A stretch of DNA of 64,000 nucleotides from an uncultured Flavobacteriales bacterium (GCA_964004625.1 CAXFOB010000016.1:2319-66318), one strand, 5' to 3'; positions 42,058 through 52,460 are shown, counted from the first letter of the stretch. Translations and numbers: made by a program. Notes: generated by a model not told the origin, from the letters alone.

Positions 42058-42652
42058 AAGAGCACTTTCTGGCTTAGTTTATGTTGCTATTATGTGGTTT
42101 GGGACTTCTTATTCAAATACGTCAAAATTCCTATTATTTTCGGTAATTATCATTTTTTCTAATTATGAAATGTGGAAGCTTAGAAAAGGAAAAGCCATAA
42201 CATTTCATTATTTTTATGTTTGGACATTAATGCTATCCTTATTTTTAAAAGTAGAAACATTACTTTTTATCTACCTTCTAACCTGGACATTTGACACTTT
42301 TGCTTATTTATTTGGAGTGAAATTCGGAAAACATAAAATAATGCCATTAATTTCTCCAAAAAAATCTTGGGAAGGATTTATTGGAGGATTATTATCTACA
42401 ATTATTGCAAGTTATATCATCTATGATGTGAATTTTTTTGAAGGAATTGATTTAGTTTCACTTATCATTATTACCTTTATTCTACCATTTACAGCTACCT
42501 TAGGTGATTTTATAGAATCTCACTTGAAAAGACAAGCTGGTGTAAAAGACTCAGGAAACTTTATTCCAGGGCATGGAGGTATGTTAGATAGAATAGATTC
42601 CTTTATGATTACAATACCTGTAATTTATATTTTAACAAATTTACTTAAATGA
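42041..42652 (+). CDS. cdsA: Phosphatidate cytidylyltransferase (short form)
   Basis: W..DTFAY..G, ISPKKSWEG, GD..ES..KR.AGVKDSG..IPGHGG.LDR.DS. Confidence 0.92.
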   Translation: MNETLKRALSGLVYVAIMWFGTSYSNTSKFLLFSVIIIFSNYEMWKLRKGKAITFHYFYVWTLMLSLFLKVETLLFIYLLTWTFDTFAYLFGVKFGKHKIMPLISPKKSWEGFIGGLLSTIIASYIIYDVNFFEGIDLVSLIIITFILPFTATLGDFIESHLKRQAGVKDSGNFIPGHGGMLDRIDSFMITIPVIYILTNLLK

Positions 42653-43296
42653 CACTACATAAAGAAGGGATCAAAATCCTAAGAAATGAAATTATAATTT
42701 TTACAATTTTAAACTACTTATTTTATATTTATACACCTATTTATTTAGCCTATTTTATTACTGCATTTACAACTTTTCTATTTATTATGTCTGTTTATTT
42801 TTTCAGAATACCTAACAGAAAATTAGAAAGAAAAGACAGAACAGTATACTCACCTTGTGATGGTAAAGTAGTTATAATAGAAGAAGTAGATGAACCTGAA
42901 TTTTATAAAGACAGAAGGATTCAGGTGAGTATTTTTATGTCACCTTTAAACGTACATAATCAACTTTACCCCATTTCTGGAAAAGTAGAGTACACGAAAT
43001 ATCATCCAGGAAAATATCTTGTCGCTTGGCATCCAAAATCCTCATTGCTAAATGAAAGAAGTACAGTTGTTGTTAAAAATGAGAATATATCTGTATTATT
43101 TCGACAAATTGCAGGAGCTGTAGCCAGAAGAATCATAACCTATTGTAAAGTTGGTGACACAGCAACATCATCTGATGAATATGGATTTATTAAATTTGGA
43201 TCTAGAGTAGATGTCTTTTTACCCTTAGGAACTAAAATAAATATTAGATTAAATGAAGTAGTAAAAGCGGGGCAAAGTATAATTGCTGAGTATTAA
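42649..43296 (+). CDS. psd: Phosphatidylserine decarboxylase
   Basis: SPCDG, IFMSPLNVH, NER, QIAG..ARRI, FGSRVD cleavage motif. Confidence 0.95.
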   Translation: MTLHKEGIKILRNEIIIFTILNYLFYIYTPIYLAYFITAFTTFLFIMSVYFFRIPNRKLERKDRTVYSPCDGKVVIIEEVDEPEFYKDRRIQVSIFMSPLNVHNQLYPISGKVEYTKYHPGKYLVAWHPKSSLLNERSTVVVKNENISVLFRQIAGAVARRIITYCKVGDTATSSDEYGFIKFGSRVDVFLPLGTKINIRLNEVVKAGQSIIAEY

Positions 43297-43339
43297 ACTA
43301 AATTTACTATATTTGTAGTCTATTTAAAAAACTAATAAA

Positions 43340-43705
43340 ATGAAAAAAATATCAATTGTAATACTGTCATTCTTTTTTATAGGAATTAATATTACTTATG
43401 CACAAACTACTTCAGAAGAAGTGAAAACAGAACAAACTGGTGTTAAAACAGAAAAAGTTTGCAGTGAAGTGGAAAAGAAATCTTGCTCTAAAGAAGCAAA
43501 GAAATCTTGTTCTAAAGAAGCAAAGAAATCTTGCTCTAAAGAGAAAAAGAAATCATGCTCTAAAGAAGCAAAGAAATCTTGCTCTAAAGAAGCAAAGAAA
43601 TCTTGCTCTAAAGAAGCGAAGAAATCTTGCTCTAAAGAAGTAAAAAGATCTTGCTCAAAAGAAAAAAAGAAATCTCAATGTTGCAAGACAGCTTCTAAAA
43701 ACTAA
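43340..43705 (+). CDS. Secreted Lys/Cys-rich repeat protein
   Basis: Sec signal (TYA|Q); 8x KKSCSKE(A/K/V); own TATATTTG (43308) and terminator. Confidence 0.8.
   Translation: MKKISIVILSFFFIGINITYAQTTSEEVKTEQTGVKTEKVCSEVEKKSCSKEAKKSCSKEAKKSCSKEKKKSCSKEAKKSCSKEAKKSCSKEAKKSCSKEVKRSCSKEKKKSQCCKTASKN
43475..43666 (+). repeat. 8 x 24-bp tandem repeat, consensus AAGAAATCTTGCTCTAAAGAAGCA
   Basis: Directly visible, in frame, no spacers. Confidence 0.95.
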
Positions 43706-43726
43706 TTATAAAATATAATTAAATTT

Positions 43727-43753
43727 AAAAGCCACTTAATTGTGGCTTTTTTT
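43727..43753 (+). terminator. Intrinsic terminator
   Basis: AAAAGCCAC-TTAATT-GTGGCTTTTTTT. Confidence 0.8.
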
Positions 43754-43765
43754 ACATCAAAAATT

Positions 43766-44407
43766 ATGGAATTTTTACCAGAAGAAATTGAAAAATACTC
43801 TCTAAAAAATACAAGTAAAGAATCTAAACTATTAGCAGAGTTAAACAGAGAAACTTGGGCTAAAGTAATGATCCCTAGAATGCTATCAGGACACCTACAA
43901 GGAAGAATATTGAGTATGATTTCAAAAATGATTAATCCAGAAACAATTATAGAAATAGGAACCTATACTGGTTATTCTGCATTATGTTTAGCAGAAGGTC
44001 TTTCTGAAAATGGAATTCTTCACACTATTGATGTAAATGAAGAATACACCTCTTATGCTCATAAATATTTTAAAAAATCAAATTATACAGATAACATTAA
44101 ACAGCATATTGGAAATGCTTTAGATGTAATTCCTTTTATTTCTGAAAAAGTACAATTAGTATTTATTGATGCTGATAAAGAAAATTATAGTAATTACTAT
44201 AACCTTATTTTTGAAAAATTAGAAGTTGGTGGATATATAATTGCAGATAATGTGCTTTGGAGTGGAAAAGTATTAGACAATAAAATGGATGAAGAAACTA
44301 AAGCTTTAGATGAATATAATAAAATAATTCATGCAGATGATAGAGTAGAAAATGTTTTACTTCCAGTGAGAGATGGTCTTATGATTTGCAGAAAAATATC
44401 TGATTAA
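43766..44407 (+). CDS. Class I SAM-dependent O-methyltransferase (caffeoyl-CoA OMT/TrmR-like)
   Basis: MLSGHLQG, EIGTYTGYS, FIDADK.NY, ADNVLWSG, RDGL. Confidence 0.92.
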   Translation: MEFLPEEIEKYSLKNTSKESKLLAELNRETWAKVMIPRMLSGHLQGRILSMISKMINPETIIEIGTYTGYSALCLAEGLSENGILHTIDVNEEYTSYAHKYFKKSNYTDNIKQHIGNALDVIPFISEKVQLVFIDADKENYSNYYNLIFEKLEVGGYIIADNVLWSGKVLDNKMDEETKALDEYNKIIHADDRVENVLLPVRDGLMICRKISD

Positions 44408-44446
44408 GTCTTACATTTGCAAAAACTAAAATAGAGAGTTATATAA

Positions 44447-45610
44447 ATGGATTTCAACAACTTTAAAGTAGCCTTCTCCAATAAATCAGATTCTGATTTA
44501 AACAGAGCCTCTCTCCTATTTAAAAGTATTAGTAACCCTACAATGTCTAGTCTTTTAACTGGTGTTATAAAAATCTGTTTATGGTTAAAATTTCCAATTA
44601 CTCCTATTATTAAAGCTACTGTTTTTAAACATTTTTGTGGAGGAACAACAATTACAGACAGTCAAAAAACGATAGAATCTTTATGGAAATCTAATATAGG
44701 AACTATTCTAGATTATTCTGCAGAGGGAAAGAAATCTGAAGAAGATTTTAATCATGTAATGGAAGAGACAATCCGTACAATTCTAAAAGCAAAATCAGAA
44801 GAATCAATTCCTTTTTCTGTATTTAAATTTACAGGACTTACTCATTTCTCATTATTAGAAAAAATAAGCTCTGAATTCCCTCTATCTGAAAAGGAACAAA
44901 AAGAAAAAGAGAACTTTATATATAGAGTTGAAAGAATTTGTAAAACTGCAGCTGAAAACAAAGTACCTATTTTTATAGACGCAGAAGAAAGTTGGATTCA
45001 GGATATAATTGACAATTTAACACTTGAAATGATGAAGAAATTCAACAAAACAGAATGTTGGATTTACAATACTTTACAGATGTACAGAAAGGATCGATTT
45101 GCATACCTAAAAGAACTTCTTGAAATAGCTGAAGAAGAAAAGTTTTTATTAGGATTAAAGATTGTAAGAGGAGCTTATCATGAAAAAGAAATAGAAAGAG
45201 CAAAAGAAAAAGGATATGCTTGTCCTGTACATACAGTAAAAGAAAATACAGATAGAGATTACAATGAAGCTTTAAGAATTTGTGTTAAGAATTCCGACTT
45301 TATATCTATTTGTGCTGGAACTCATAATGAACAAAGCTCTTTACTTTTATCTGAATTAATGGAAGAAAATAATTTAAATAAGAATGATAAACGATTTTTC
45401 TTTTCACAACTACTAGGAATGAGCGATCATATAAGTTACAATCTATCAGAACATGGATATAATATAGCAAAATACGTTCCTTACGGACCCGTCAAAGATG
45501 TTCTTCCTTACCTTATTAGAAGAGCAGAAGAGAACAGTTCTATAGCTGGGCAAATGGGAAGAGAACTTGCTAATATTATGAAAGAAAAAAAGAGACGGAA
45601 AAATTCTTAA
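44447..45610 (+). CDS. Monofunctional proline dehydrogenase
   Basis: HFCGG, LDY..EG, IDAEES, TLQMYR, KIVRGAY, GTHN, QLLGM, KYVPYG, YLIRRAEEN; TACATTTG at 44412. Confidence 0.93.
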   Translation: MDFNNFKVAFSNKSDSDLNRASLLFKSISNPTMSSLLTGVIKICLWLKFPITPIIKATVFKHFCGGTTITDSQKTIESLWKSNIGTILDYSAEGKKSEEDFNHVMEETIRTILKAKSEESIPFSVFKFTGLTHFSLLEKISSEFPLSEKEQKEKENFIYRVERICKTAAENKVPIFIDAEESWIQDIIDNLTLEMMKKFNKTECWIYNTLQMYRKDRFAYLKELLEIAEEEKFLLGLKIVRGAYHEKEIERAKEKGYACPVHTVKENTDRDYNEALRICVKNSDFISICAGTHNEQSSLLLSELMEENNLNKNDKRFFFSQLLGMSDHISYNLSEHGYNIAKYVPYGPVKDVLPYLIRRAEENSSIAGQMGRELANIMKEKKRRKNS

Positions 45611-47380
45611 TCACATCTGATTAGGAACCTCTACTCCTAATAAGTTCATAGAATCTTTTATTATAAGGGCTACCTTCTCAGAAAGAGCTACTCTAAAATT
45701 TTTCAATTCGTCATTTTCCTCACCCAAAATAGTGATGTTTTGGTAAAAAGAATTATAACCTTTCACCAAATCATAGATATAGTTTGCAATAAGTGCAGGA
45801 CTATAATTTGTAGCCGCCTCCTGAATTACAGATGGAAAATCTAAAATTTGTTTTATCAAATTTTGTTCTTCCTTCTTTATATTCACAAACTTAATATCCG
45901 AGATCTCTGAATTGTATTTTGAAACAAGCGACTGAATTCTAGCAAAAGTATATTGTATAAATGGTCCTGTATGTCCGTTAAAATCAATTGATTCTTTTGG
46001 GTCGAACATCATTTTTTTTCTTGGATCTACTTTCAGTATGAAATATTTTAAAGCGCCTAATCCTATCATTTCATACAAATCATCCGCTGCTTTATCAGAC
46101 AATCCATCTAACTTTCCTAAATCTTTTGCTATAGATTTTGAAGTTTGAACCATGTCTTCCATTAAGTCATCTGCATCTACCACAGTTCCCTCTCTAGACT
46201 TCATTTTTCCTGTAGGTAAATCTACCATACCATAAGAAAGATGATAACAATTTTTCGCCCAATCATATCCCAACTTATCCAATATTAAGAATAATACTTT
46301 AAAATGATAATCTTGCTCGTTCCCTACGGTATAAGCCATGTTAGAAAAACTGAAATCCTCTTGTCTTTGGATGGCAGTGCCTATATCCTGAGTCATATAA
46401 ACTGCAGTTCCATCTGAACGTAAAATAATTTTCTCATCTAGTCCTTCATCTGACAAATCAATCCATACGGAACCATCTTCTTTTTTATAAAAAACTCCTT
46501 TATCTAATCCAATTTCAACTACTTTTTTACCCAATAAATAAGTGTCGCTCTCGTAATAATTTTTATCAAAATCAACTCCTAATCTTTTATGAGTCACTTC
46601 AAATCCATCATACACCCACTGATTCATCTTTTTCCAAAGAGCGACCGTTTCTTCATCCTTTGATTCCCACTTTCTGAGCATTTCCTGAGCTTGTATAAAA
46701 ATAGGAGCTTCTTTCTCTGCTTGTTTTTCTTCCATCCCTGAAGAAATTAATTCTGAAATCTCTTTTTTATAGTATTTGTCAAATTCTACATAATACTTAC
46801 CTACTAAGTGATCTCCTTTAATTCCTGAAGTTTCTGGAGTTTCTCCATTGCCATATTTTTTCCATGCAATCATAGATTTGCAGATATGTATTCCCCTATC
46901 ATTAATGATCTGAACTTTCTTTACATTTTTTCCTGAAGCTTTTAAAATTTCAGAAACTGAATAACCTAAAAGATTGTTTCGAATATGACCTAAATGAAGA
47001 GGTTTATTTGTATTAGGTGAACAATATTCCACTAAATAAGTAGGGTCATCTTTTTTTGCTTCTTGGATTCCGAATTCTTCTGTATTGTATGCTATTTTAA
47101 ATTGATTAAACCAAAATTCAGAAGATATACTTAAGTTTAAAAAACCTTTCACCACATTAAAACTACAAACCTCTTTTACTCCTTCTTTTAAAAAGTGTCC
47201 AATCTCCTGAGCAGTTTGTTCTGGTCCTTTTTTTGACACTCTTAATAGGGGGAACACAACTAAAGTAACATCCCCATCAAACTCTTTTCTGGTTTTCTGA
47301 AACTGAATATTTTGATTTTTTGCAGAATATAATTCTAGTAAACACGTCTCAATTTCTATATGTAATATTTGTTCTATCAT
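45611..47380 (-). CDS. argS: Arginine--tRNA ligase
   Basis: SPNTNKPLHLGH, KMKSREG, GPFIQY..ARI.S; ATG 47380 overlaps the upstream TAA. Confidence 0.97.
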   Translation of the reverse strand: MIEQILHIEIETCLLELYSAKNQNIQFQKTRKEFDGDVTLVVFPLLRVSKKGPEQTAQEIGHFLKEGVKEVCSFNVVKGFLNLSISSEFWFNQFKIAYNTEEFGIQEAKKDDPTYLVEYCSPNTNKPLHLGHIRNNLLGYSVSEILKASGKNVKKVQIINDRGIHICKSMIAWKKYGNGETPETSGIKGDHLVGKYYVEFDKYYKKEISELISSGMEEKQAEKEAPIFIQAQEMLRKWESKDEETVALWKKMNQWVYDGFEVTHKRLGVDFDKNYYESDTYLLGKKVVEIGLDKGVFYKKEDGSVWIDLSDEGLDEKIILRSDGTAVYMTQDIGTAIQRQEDFSFSNMAYTVGNEQDYHFKVLFLILDKLGYDWAKNCYHLSYGMVDLPTGKMKSREGTVVDADDLMEDMVQTSKSIAKDLGKLDGLSDKAADDLYEMIGLGALKYFILKVDPRKKMMFDPKESIDFNGHTGPFIQYTFARIQSLVSKYNSEISDIKFVNIKKEEQNLIKQILDFPSVIQEAATNYSPALIANYIYDLVKGYNSFYQNITILGEENDELKNFRVALSEKVALIIKDSMNLLGVEVPNQM

Positions 47381-48315
47381 TATATTTCTTTTGGTAAAAA
47401 CACCTCCGCCATCATACATCTTGCACTTCCACCACCACAAGCTTCTATTGTATCCAAAGAACTTGATATGATAGGATTATACTTCTCAATTTTTGTTATC
47501 TGATCTTCGGTTAAACTGTTGTAAGCAGAAGTAGACATTACTAAATATTTCTCATCTCCCATTAATTGTAGCATGTTTCCTGCAAATCTATGTTTTTGCT
47601 CTTCTGATATTTCTATCACTTCTTTGCGAGTAACTTCTAATGAACTTCTTAGCCATTTTCTTTCTTCTTTATCATCTACAGTATCCAAACAAACGACAGC
47701 ATATTTATCTGCAACACAAATCATTACATTAGTATGATAAATCTCCATTCGTTCTCCATCTACATCCTGAGTTGCCGTAAAACAAACTGGAGTATAGTCA
47801 AACACATCACACCATTGTAATACAGCTTGTTCGTCCGTTCTTACTGAAATTGCAGCATAACATATCCTATTCTCTCTATCTAAAACCATGCTTCCTGTAC
47901 CCTCTAAAAACTTATCATGATCCTCAAACTCTGTAAAATCTTTAATGTAATTTATTTTAAAATTATAATCATCAACTAAAACATCTAAAATATCTTCTCG
48001 TCTTTCATCTCTTCTGTTGTCTGCATACATAGGATATAAAGCAATATTTCCACTTTCATGAAAAGAAACCCAATTGTTTGGGAAAATAGAATCAGGAGTA
48101 TCTGGATTTAAAGTATCTTTTACAACAATTACATTAATTCTTTTTTCTCTTAACACATCTACAAAAGTATTAAACTCAGATAAAGCTTTCTTCTGAGTTT
48201 GGTCTGGAGATAAACCATCTAAAACTTGCTGATAATAATTGTTTACAGATGTTTGCTCGTTATACCTAAAAGCAACAGGCTCCATCATTAAAATTGTATC
48301 CGTTATCTGTTTCAT
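47380..48315 (-). CDS. ctlX: Citrulline utilization hydrolase CtlX (amidinotransferase fold)
   Basis: F.YNEQT..NNYYQ, TPDSIFPNNW.SFH, LEGTGS, YHTNV, GGGSARCM.AE. Confidence 0.88.
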   Translation of the reverse strand: MKQITDTILMMEPVAFRYNEQTSVNNYYQQVLDGLSPDQTQKKALSEFNTFVDVLREKRINVIVVKDTLNPDTPDSIFPNNWVSFHESGNIALYPMYADNRRDERREDILDVLVDDYNFKINYIKDFTEFEDHDKFLEGTGSMVLDRENRICYAAISVRTDEQAVLQWCDVFDYTPVCFTATQDVDGERMEIYHTNVMICVADKYAVVCLDTVDDKEERKWLRSSLEVTRKEVIEISEEQKHRFAGNMLQLMGDEKYLVMSTSAYNSLTEDQITKIEKYNPIISSSLDTIEACGGGSARCMMAEVFLPKEI

Positions 48316-49226
48316 TTTCTTTGTAATGGCATGGTAGAACATCTTAATAATCCTTCCATTTTTGCAATTTCAGAATAGTTAATTTCTTCTACAATAAATC
48401 CTTTGTTCCTTAACTCATTATTTAATCTTGTAAATCCTTTTTCTGAAACAATAACTTTTTCTGAAACAGAAAATACATTGGAGTTCATATTATACATTTC
48501 CTCTTTTGTTATAAAAATAATGTTTTCCTCCGAGAACAAATTTACTAAAAAATCTACATCTTGTGGATTTTTAAATCCTCCCTTGTAGAGTATTGCGGTA
48601 TCTATTCCTATTGGTTGGAAACAACAATCAAGATGAAGAGCATTTTCCTTAGCATCAAAATCTGATTTATTTAACTCGAATGCTTTCACCTCTTTATTTG
48701 GAAATTGTTGTTTTATAAAATTCACACCTTCTACATTTGTTCTAGAAACCTTATAAGAATTAAAATCTTCTTTTTCGGAGTATCCTATAAAAATGTAATT
48801 ATTCCAAAGCACAACATCCCCTCCTTCTGCTCTTGCATCTTTTGGCATTTTCAAAATATTATTATCAGGAATCTTTTCTATAATAGATGAAATAGCATGA
48901 ATTTCTTCTATTCTATCTTCTATAATATTAGGCACGATAAGTTTCTCTCCGATTACAAAGGAAATGTCTCTAGTAAAAACTTGATTCAAGTTATAAATAT
49001 TTTGTGGCCTTAACACCTCTACATTATACTTTTTCAAAACGTCTAAAAATTCATTCATCTCAGTAGTTACATCATACTGAGAAGGAAATTCGCCTGATAA
49101 AACATGTTCTTTTGATTTAGGATCATAACAATCTTCTAACTTTGGGCATCCTCCAAAATTATCTGGAAGACCTAAAATAACAAGTTGTAACTCAGATGTT
49201 TCATTATGTATATTGGGTTTTATCAT
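48312..49226 (-). CDS. Arginine deiminase/dimethylargininase-family amidinotransferase
   Basis: QVFTRD, EGGDV, LHLDCC, GLLRCST catalytic pattern; TAAGTTTG at 49236-49243. Confidence 0.88.
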   Translation of the reverse strand: MIKPNIHNETSELQLVILGLPDNFGGCPKLEDCYDPKSKEHVLSGEFPSQYDVTTEMNEFLDVLKKYNVEVLRPQNIYNLNQVFTRDISFVIGEKLIVPNIIEDRIEEIHAISSIIEKIPDNNILKMPKDARAEGGDVVLWNNYIFIGYSEKEDFNSYKVSRTNVEGVNFIKQQFPNKEVKAFELNKSDFDAKENALHLDCCFQPIGIDTAILYKGGFKNPQDVDFLVNLFSEENIIFITKEEMYNMNSNVFSVSEKVIVSEKGFTRLNNELRNKGFIVEEINYSEIAKMEGLLRCSTMPLQRK

Positions 49227-49385
49227 AATCGTTTGCAAACTTAAGTATTAGTATTGTTTCTGACTACTTTATTTATTGTCTTTTTACACATAAATATCAC
49301 ATCCGATTTATTAACAAATTAGAGCTAATATGTATAGTGAAAAACAAGATATTATAAAAATAGTCTTTGTACTTTTGATGAGAAT

Positions 49386-51770
49386 ATGATAAAGAAAAAA
49401 ACAAGTAAATCAAATAGGGGAAAATCTAAAAGATGGGGAAAATTCTTGGAATTCTTTAAGAACGAAAACAATCAAAAGATAATTGGATTTATCTTTATTC
49501 TGTTCTCTTTGTATTTTTTCATATCCTTTACCTCTTCTTTCTTTCAGTGGAAAGAAGATTTCTCTATAGTAAAAAACAACTCTTGGTTTAATTTATTAAC
49601 AGATTCGGAGATAATCGTAAGTAATGCTTTAGGGAAAATTGGAGCTGTATTCTCCTATCTGTTTATATATGTTTGTTTCGGAATATCCGCATATTTCATT
49701 CCTGTATTTTTAATGTTCTCAGGACTACAACTTTTAGGATATCATCTTATGTCTTTAAAAAAATATATCCGACAAAGTATTTGGGGGCTTATTTGGATTC
49801 CTGTTTTTATATACCATTGTTTTGGGTCTCAAATTTTCGCAGGAGGTATTGGTATAAGTAGTACAGAGTTTATTGTATCTTTATTAGGAAGTATAGGAAC
49901 AAGTTTGTTATTACTTACAACTTTTTTAATGTTTATTACTCTCAAATTTAATATCACAACTGAAAAAATCATAGAGTTCTTTAACAACTTAAGGAGACAA
50001 GAGGAGGAACTGAGTATTTATGAAGTTGAAGACGTTGGAGAAATCACCATCAATAAAAGTACTGAAACAGAAAGAAAAAACAATGAAGAACTAAAAGTAA
50101 AAGAAGCTGTTTTACCTAATAACACTGAAAAGGATACTGCTAAAATTTCAGAAAAATGGAAAGGAAAAGAAAATGACCTAGATATAAAAATAGTAGAATC
50201 AGAAGATGAGGAAGAGTTAGGTCAAGCAGAAATACAGGAAAAGTTAAAAGAACTTGGAGATTACGACCCGACTCTTGATTTATCATCTTATAAATTTCCG
50301 AAAATAAATTTATTAAACGATTACGGAAGTGGAGAAATAAACATAGATAAAGAAGAATTAGAAGCAAATAAACAAAAAATTGTAGACACGCTTGGAAACT
50401 ACAAAATAGGTATTTCATCTATTTCTGCTACTATTGGACCTACTATTACTTTATACGAAATAGTACCAGAAGCTGGTGTTAAGATTTCTAAAATTAAAAA
50501 TCTAGAAGATGACATAGCTCTAAGCTTATCAGCAGTAGGGATTCGGATTATAGCTCCTATTCCAGGTAGAGGAACAATTGGTATTGAAGTACCGAACGCT
50601 AAAGCTACTACAGTATCTATGAGTACAATACTAAAATCAGAAAAGTTTCAGAACAGTAAAATGGACCTACCTATAGCATTTGGTAAAACCATATCCAATG
50701 AAACATTTGTAGTTGACTTGGCTAAAATGCCACACTTACTAATGGCAGGAGCAACAGGACAAGGTAAATCTGTAGGATTAAATGCAATCCTCACCTCTCT
50801 TTTATATACGAAACATCCTAGTCAGGTGAAATTTGTTTTGGTAGACCCTAAAAAAGTAGAGCTTACTCTTTTCAATAAAATAGAAAGACACTTTTTAGCA
50901 AAACTTCCAGATACTGAGGAAGCAATAATTACTGATACTAAAAAGGTAGTTAACACAGTCAATTCTCTTTGTATAGAGATGGACCAAAGGTACGAACTAC
51001 TAAAAAATGCAATGTGTAGAAACCTTAAGGAATACAATGAGAAATTTATTGCTAGAAAATTAAATCCGAATGAAGGTCATAGATATTTACCATATATTGT
51101 ACTAGTCATTGACGAATTTGCCGATCTTATTATGACGGCAGGTAAAGAAATTGAAACTCCTATAGCAAGATTAGCTCAACTTGCAAGAGCAATTGGTATA
51201 CATTTAATTGTTGCAACACAACGACCTTCTGTAAATGTTATTACCGGAATAATAAAAGCAAATTTCCCAGCCAGAGCAGCATTTAGAGTAACATCTAGAA
51301 TTGACTCCCGAACAATATTAGATACAGGAGGAGCCGACCAACTTATTGGGAAGGGAGATATGCTTATCTCTACAGGAAATGAATTAGTTAGACTTCAATG
51401 CGCTTTTATAGACACTCCAGAAGTAGAAAAAATTTGTGATTTTATCGGAAGCCAAAGAGCTTATCCTGAAGCTTATTTATTACCTGAATATATTGGAGAC
51501 ACAGAAGGAACAGGAAATGATGCAGATTTAGACAATAGAGATGCACTATTTGATGAGGCAGCTCGTTTAGTAGTCAGTCAACAAACAGGTAGCACCTCTA
51601 ACATACAAAGAAGAATGAAGATTGGATACAACAGAGCTGGAAGAATAATTGATGAGTTAGAAGCAGCGGGTATTGTTGGGCCGTTTGAAGGGAGTAAAGC
51701 AAGACAAGTTCTTATTAAAAACGAAATAGAATTAGAAGAACTCTTAAATAATCTGAATAAAAATGAATAA
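49386..51770 (+). CDS. ftsK: DNA translocase FtsK
   Basis: N-terminal TMs, PHLL.AGATGQGKS, IDEFADL, ATQRPS, gamma domain IGYNRAGR. Confidence 0.97.
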   Translation: MIKKKTSKSNRGKSKRWGKFLEFFKNENNQKIIGFIFILFSLYFFISFTSSFFQWKEDFSIVKNNSWFNLLTDSEIIVSNALGKIGAVFSYLFIYVCFGISAYFIPVFLMFSGLQLLGYHLMSLKKYIRQSIWGLIWIPVFIYHCFGSQIFAGGIGISSTEFIVSLLGSIGTSLLLLTTFLMFITLKFNITTEKIIEFFNNLRRQEEELSIYEVEDVGEITINKSTETERKNNEELKVKEAVLPNNTEKDTAKISEKWKGKENDLDIKIVESEDEEELGQAEIQEKLKELGDYDPTLDLSSYKFPKINLLNDYGSGEINIDKEELEANKQKIVDTLGNYKIGISSISATIGPTITLYEIVPEAGVKISKIKNLEDDIALSLSAVGIRIIAPIPGRGTIGIEVPNAKATTVSMSTILKSEKFQNSKMDLPIAFGKTISNETFVVDLAKMPHLLMAGATGQGKSVGLNAILTSLLYTKHPSQVKFVLVDPKKVELTLFNKIERHFLAKLPDTEEAIITDTKKVVNTVNSLCIEMDQRYELLKNAMCRNLKEYNEKFIARKLNPNEGHRYLPYIVLVIDEFADLIMTAGKEIETPIARLAQLARAIGIHLIVATQRPSVNVITGIIKANFPARAAFRVTSRIDSRTILDTGGADQLIGKGDMLISTGNELVRLQCAFIDTPEVEKICDFIGSQRAYPEAYLLPEYIGDTEGTGNDADLDNRDALFDEAARLVVSQQTGSTSNIQRRMKIGYNRAGRIIDELEAAGIVGPFEGSKARQVLIKNEIELEELLNNLNKNE

Positions 51771-52401
51771 AATATCTGTAATATTCTTATCTCTTGTTTT
51801 ATCTGTTAATTTATCATTTTCTCAAGAGGAACTTGCAAAACAGATATTAGATGAACTTTCTGAAAAAGGAAATTCGTATAAAGATATCACAGCAGAATTC
51901 TCCTTTAATTTCAATAATAATTTACAAGGTATAGATGAAAATTCTGAAGGCAAGATATGGATAAAAGAAGATATGTATAAATTAAATATGGCTTCTGACC
52001 TATCTATAATTAACAATGGAGAAACCTTATGGTATTTTATGAAAGATGTTCCAGAAGTGCAGATAATGGAAAGCAACCCGGAAGATGAGATGAATCCTTC
52101 AAAAATATTTACCATCTACGAAAGAGGGTATAAATTTCAATATAAAGGTAATAGTTCTGAAAAAGGGAAAAATTTACACATTATTAATTTATATCCAGAA
52201 ACAAGTAAAGCTATCAGTAAAGTAGTTTTGTATGTAGATTCTGAGAAAATAGAAATCTATAAAATACAATTAAATGACAAAGATGGAGGTGTTAGTAGTT
52301 ACATTATCAATAGTTTTATAACAAATAATAAGGTTCCAGAATCTACGTTTAACTTCCGAAAGAAAGATCACCCAGGTGTAGAGGTTATTGATTTAAGGTA
52401 A
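51763..52401 (+). CDS. lolA: Outer-membrane lipoprotein carrier protein LolA family
   Basis: Signal peptide, G.T.W....EV.I, NPS.IF..Y..GY, EVIDLR end; ftsK-lolA synteny. Confidence 0.82.
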   Translation: MNKISVIFLSLVLSVNLSFSQEELAKQILDELSEKGNSYKDITAEFSFNFNNNLQGIDENSEGKIWIKEDMYKLNMASDLSIINNGETLWYFMKDVPEVQIMESNPEDEMNPSKIFTIYERGYKFQYKGNSSEKGKNLHIINLYPETSKAISKVVLYVDSEKIEIYKIQLNDKDGGVSSYIINSFITNNKVPESTFNFRKKDHPGVEVIDLR

Positions 52402-52460
52402 ATTACAATAACATATTATAAACATTCGTTTAACATAGTTAATCAAATATTTTATTATCT

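Noticed and set aside
43440-43643. Alternative-frame ORF (LKKQRNLA repeats)
   Set aside because: A by-product of a stop-free 24-bp unit; it has no independent start context.
43475-43666. 24-bp repeats as a CRISPR array
   Set aside because: The units are contiguous with no spacers, are in frame in a signal-peptide ORF, and no cas genes are present.
49245-49385. DnaA-box-like words (TTATTAACA, TTTTACACA) as a possible origin
   Set aside because: Few, mismatched boxes in a short divergent promoter region, with no other origin evidence.
52402-52460. TTTAACATA resembling a XerD arm of a dif site, near ftsK
   Set aside because: No matching XerC arm at 6-bp spacing; expected by chance in AT-rich DNA.
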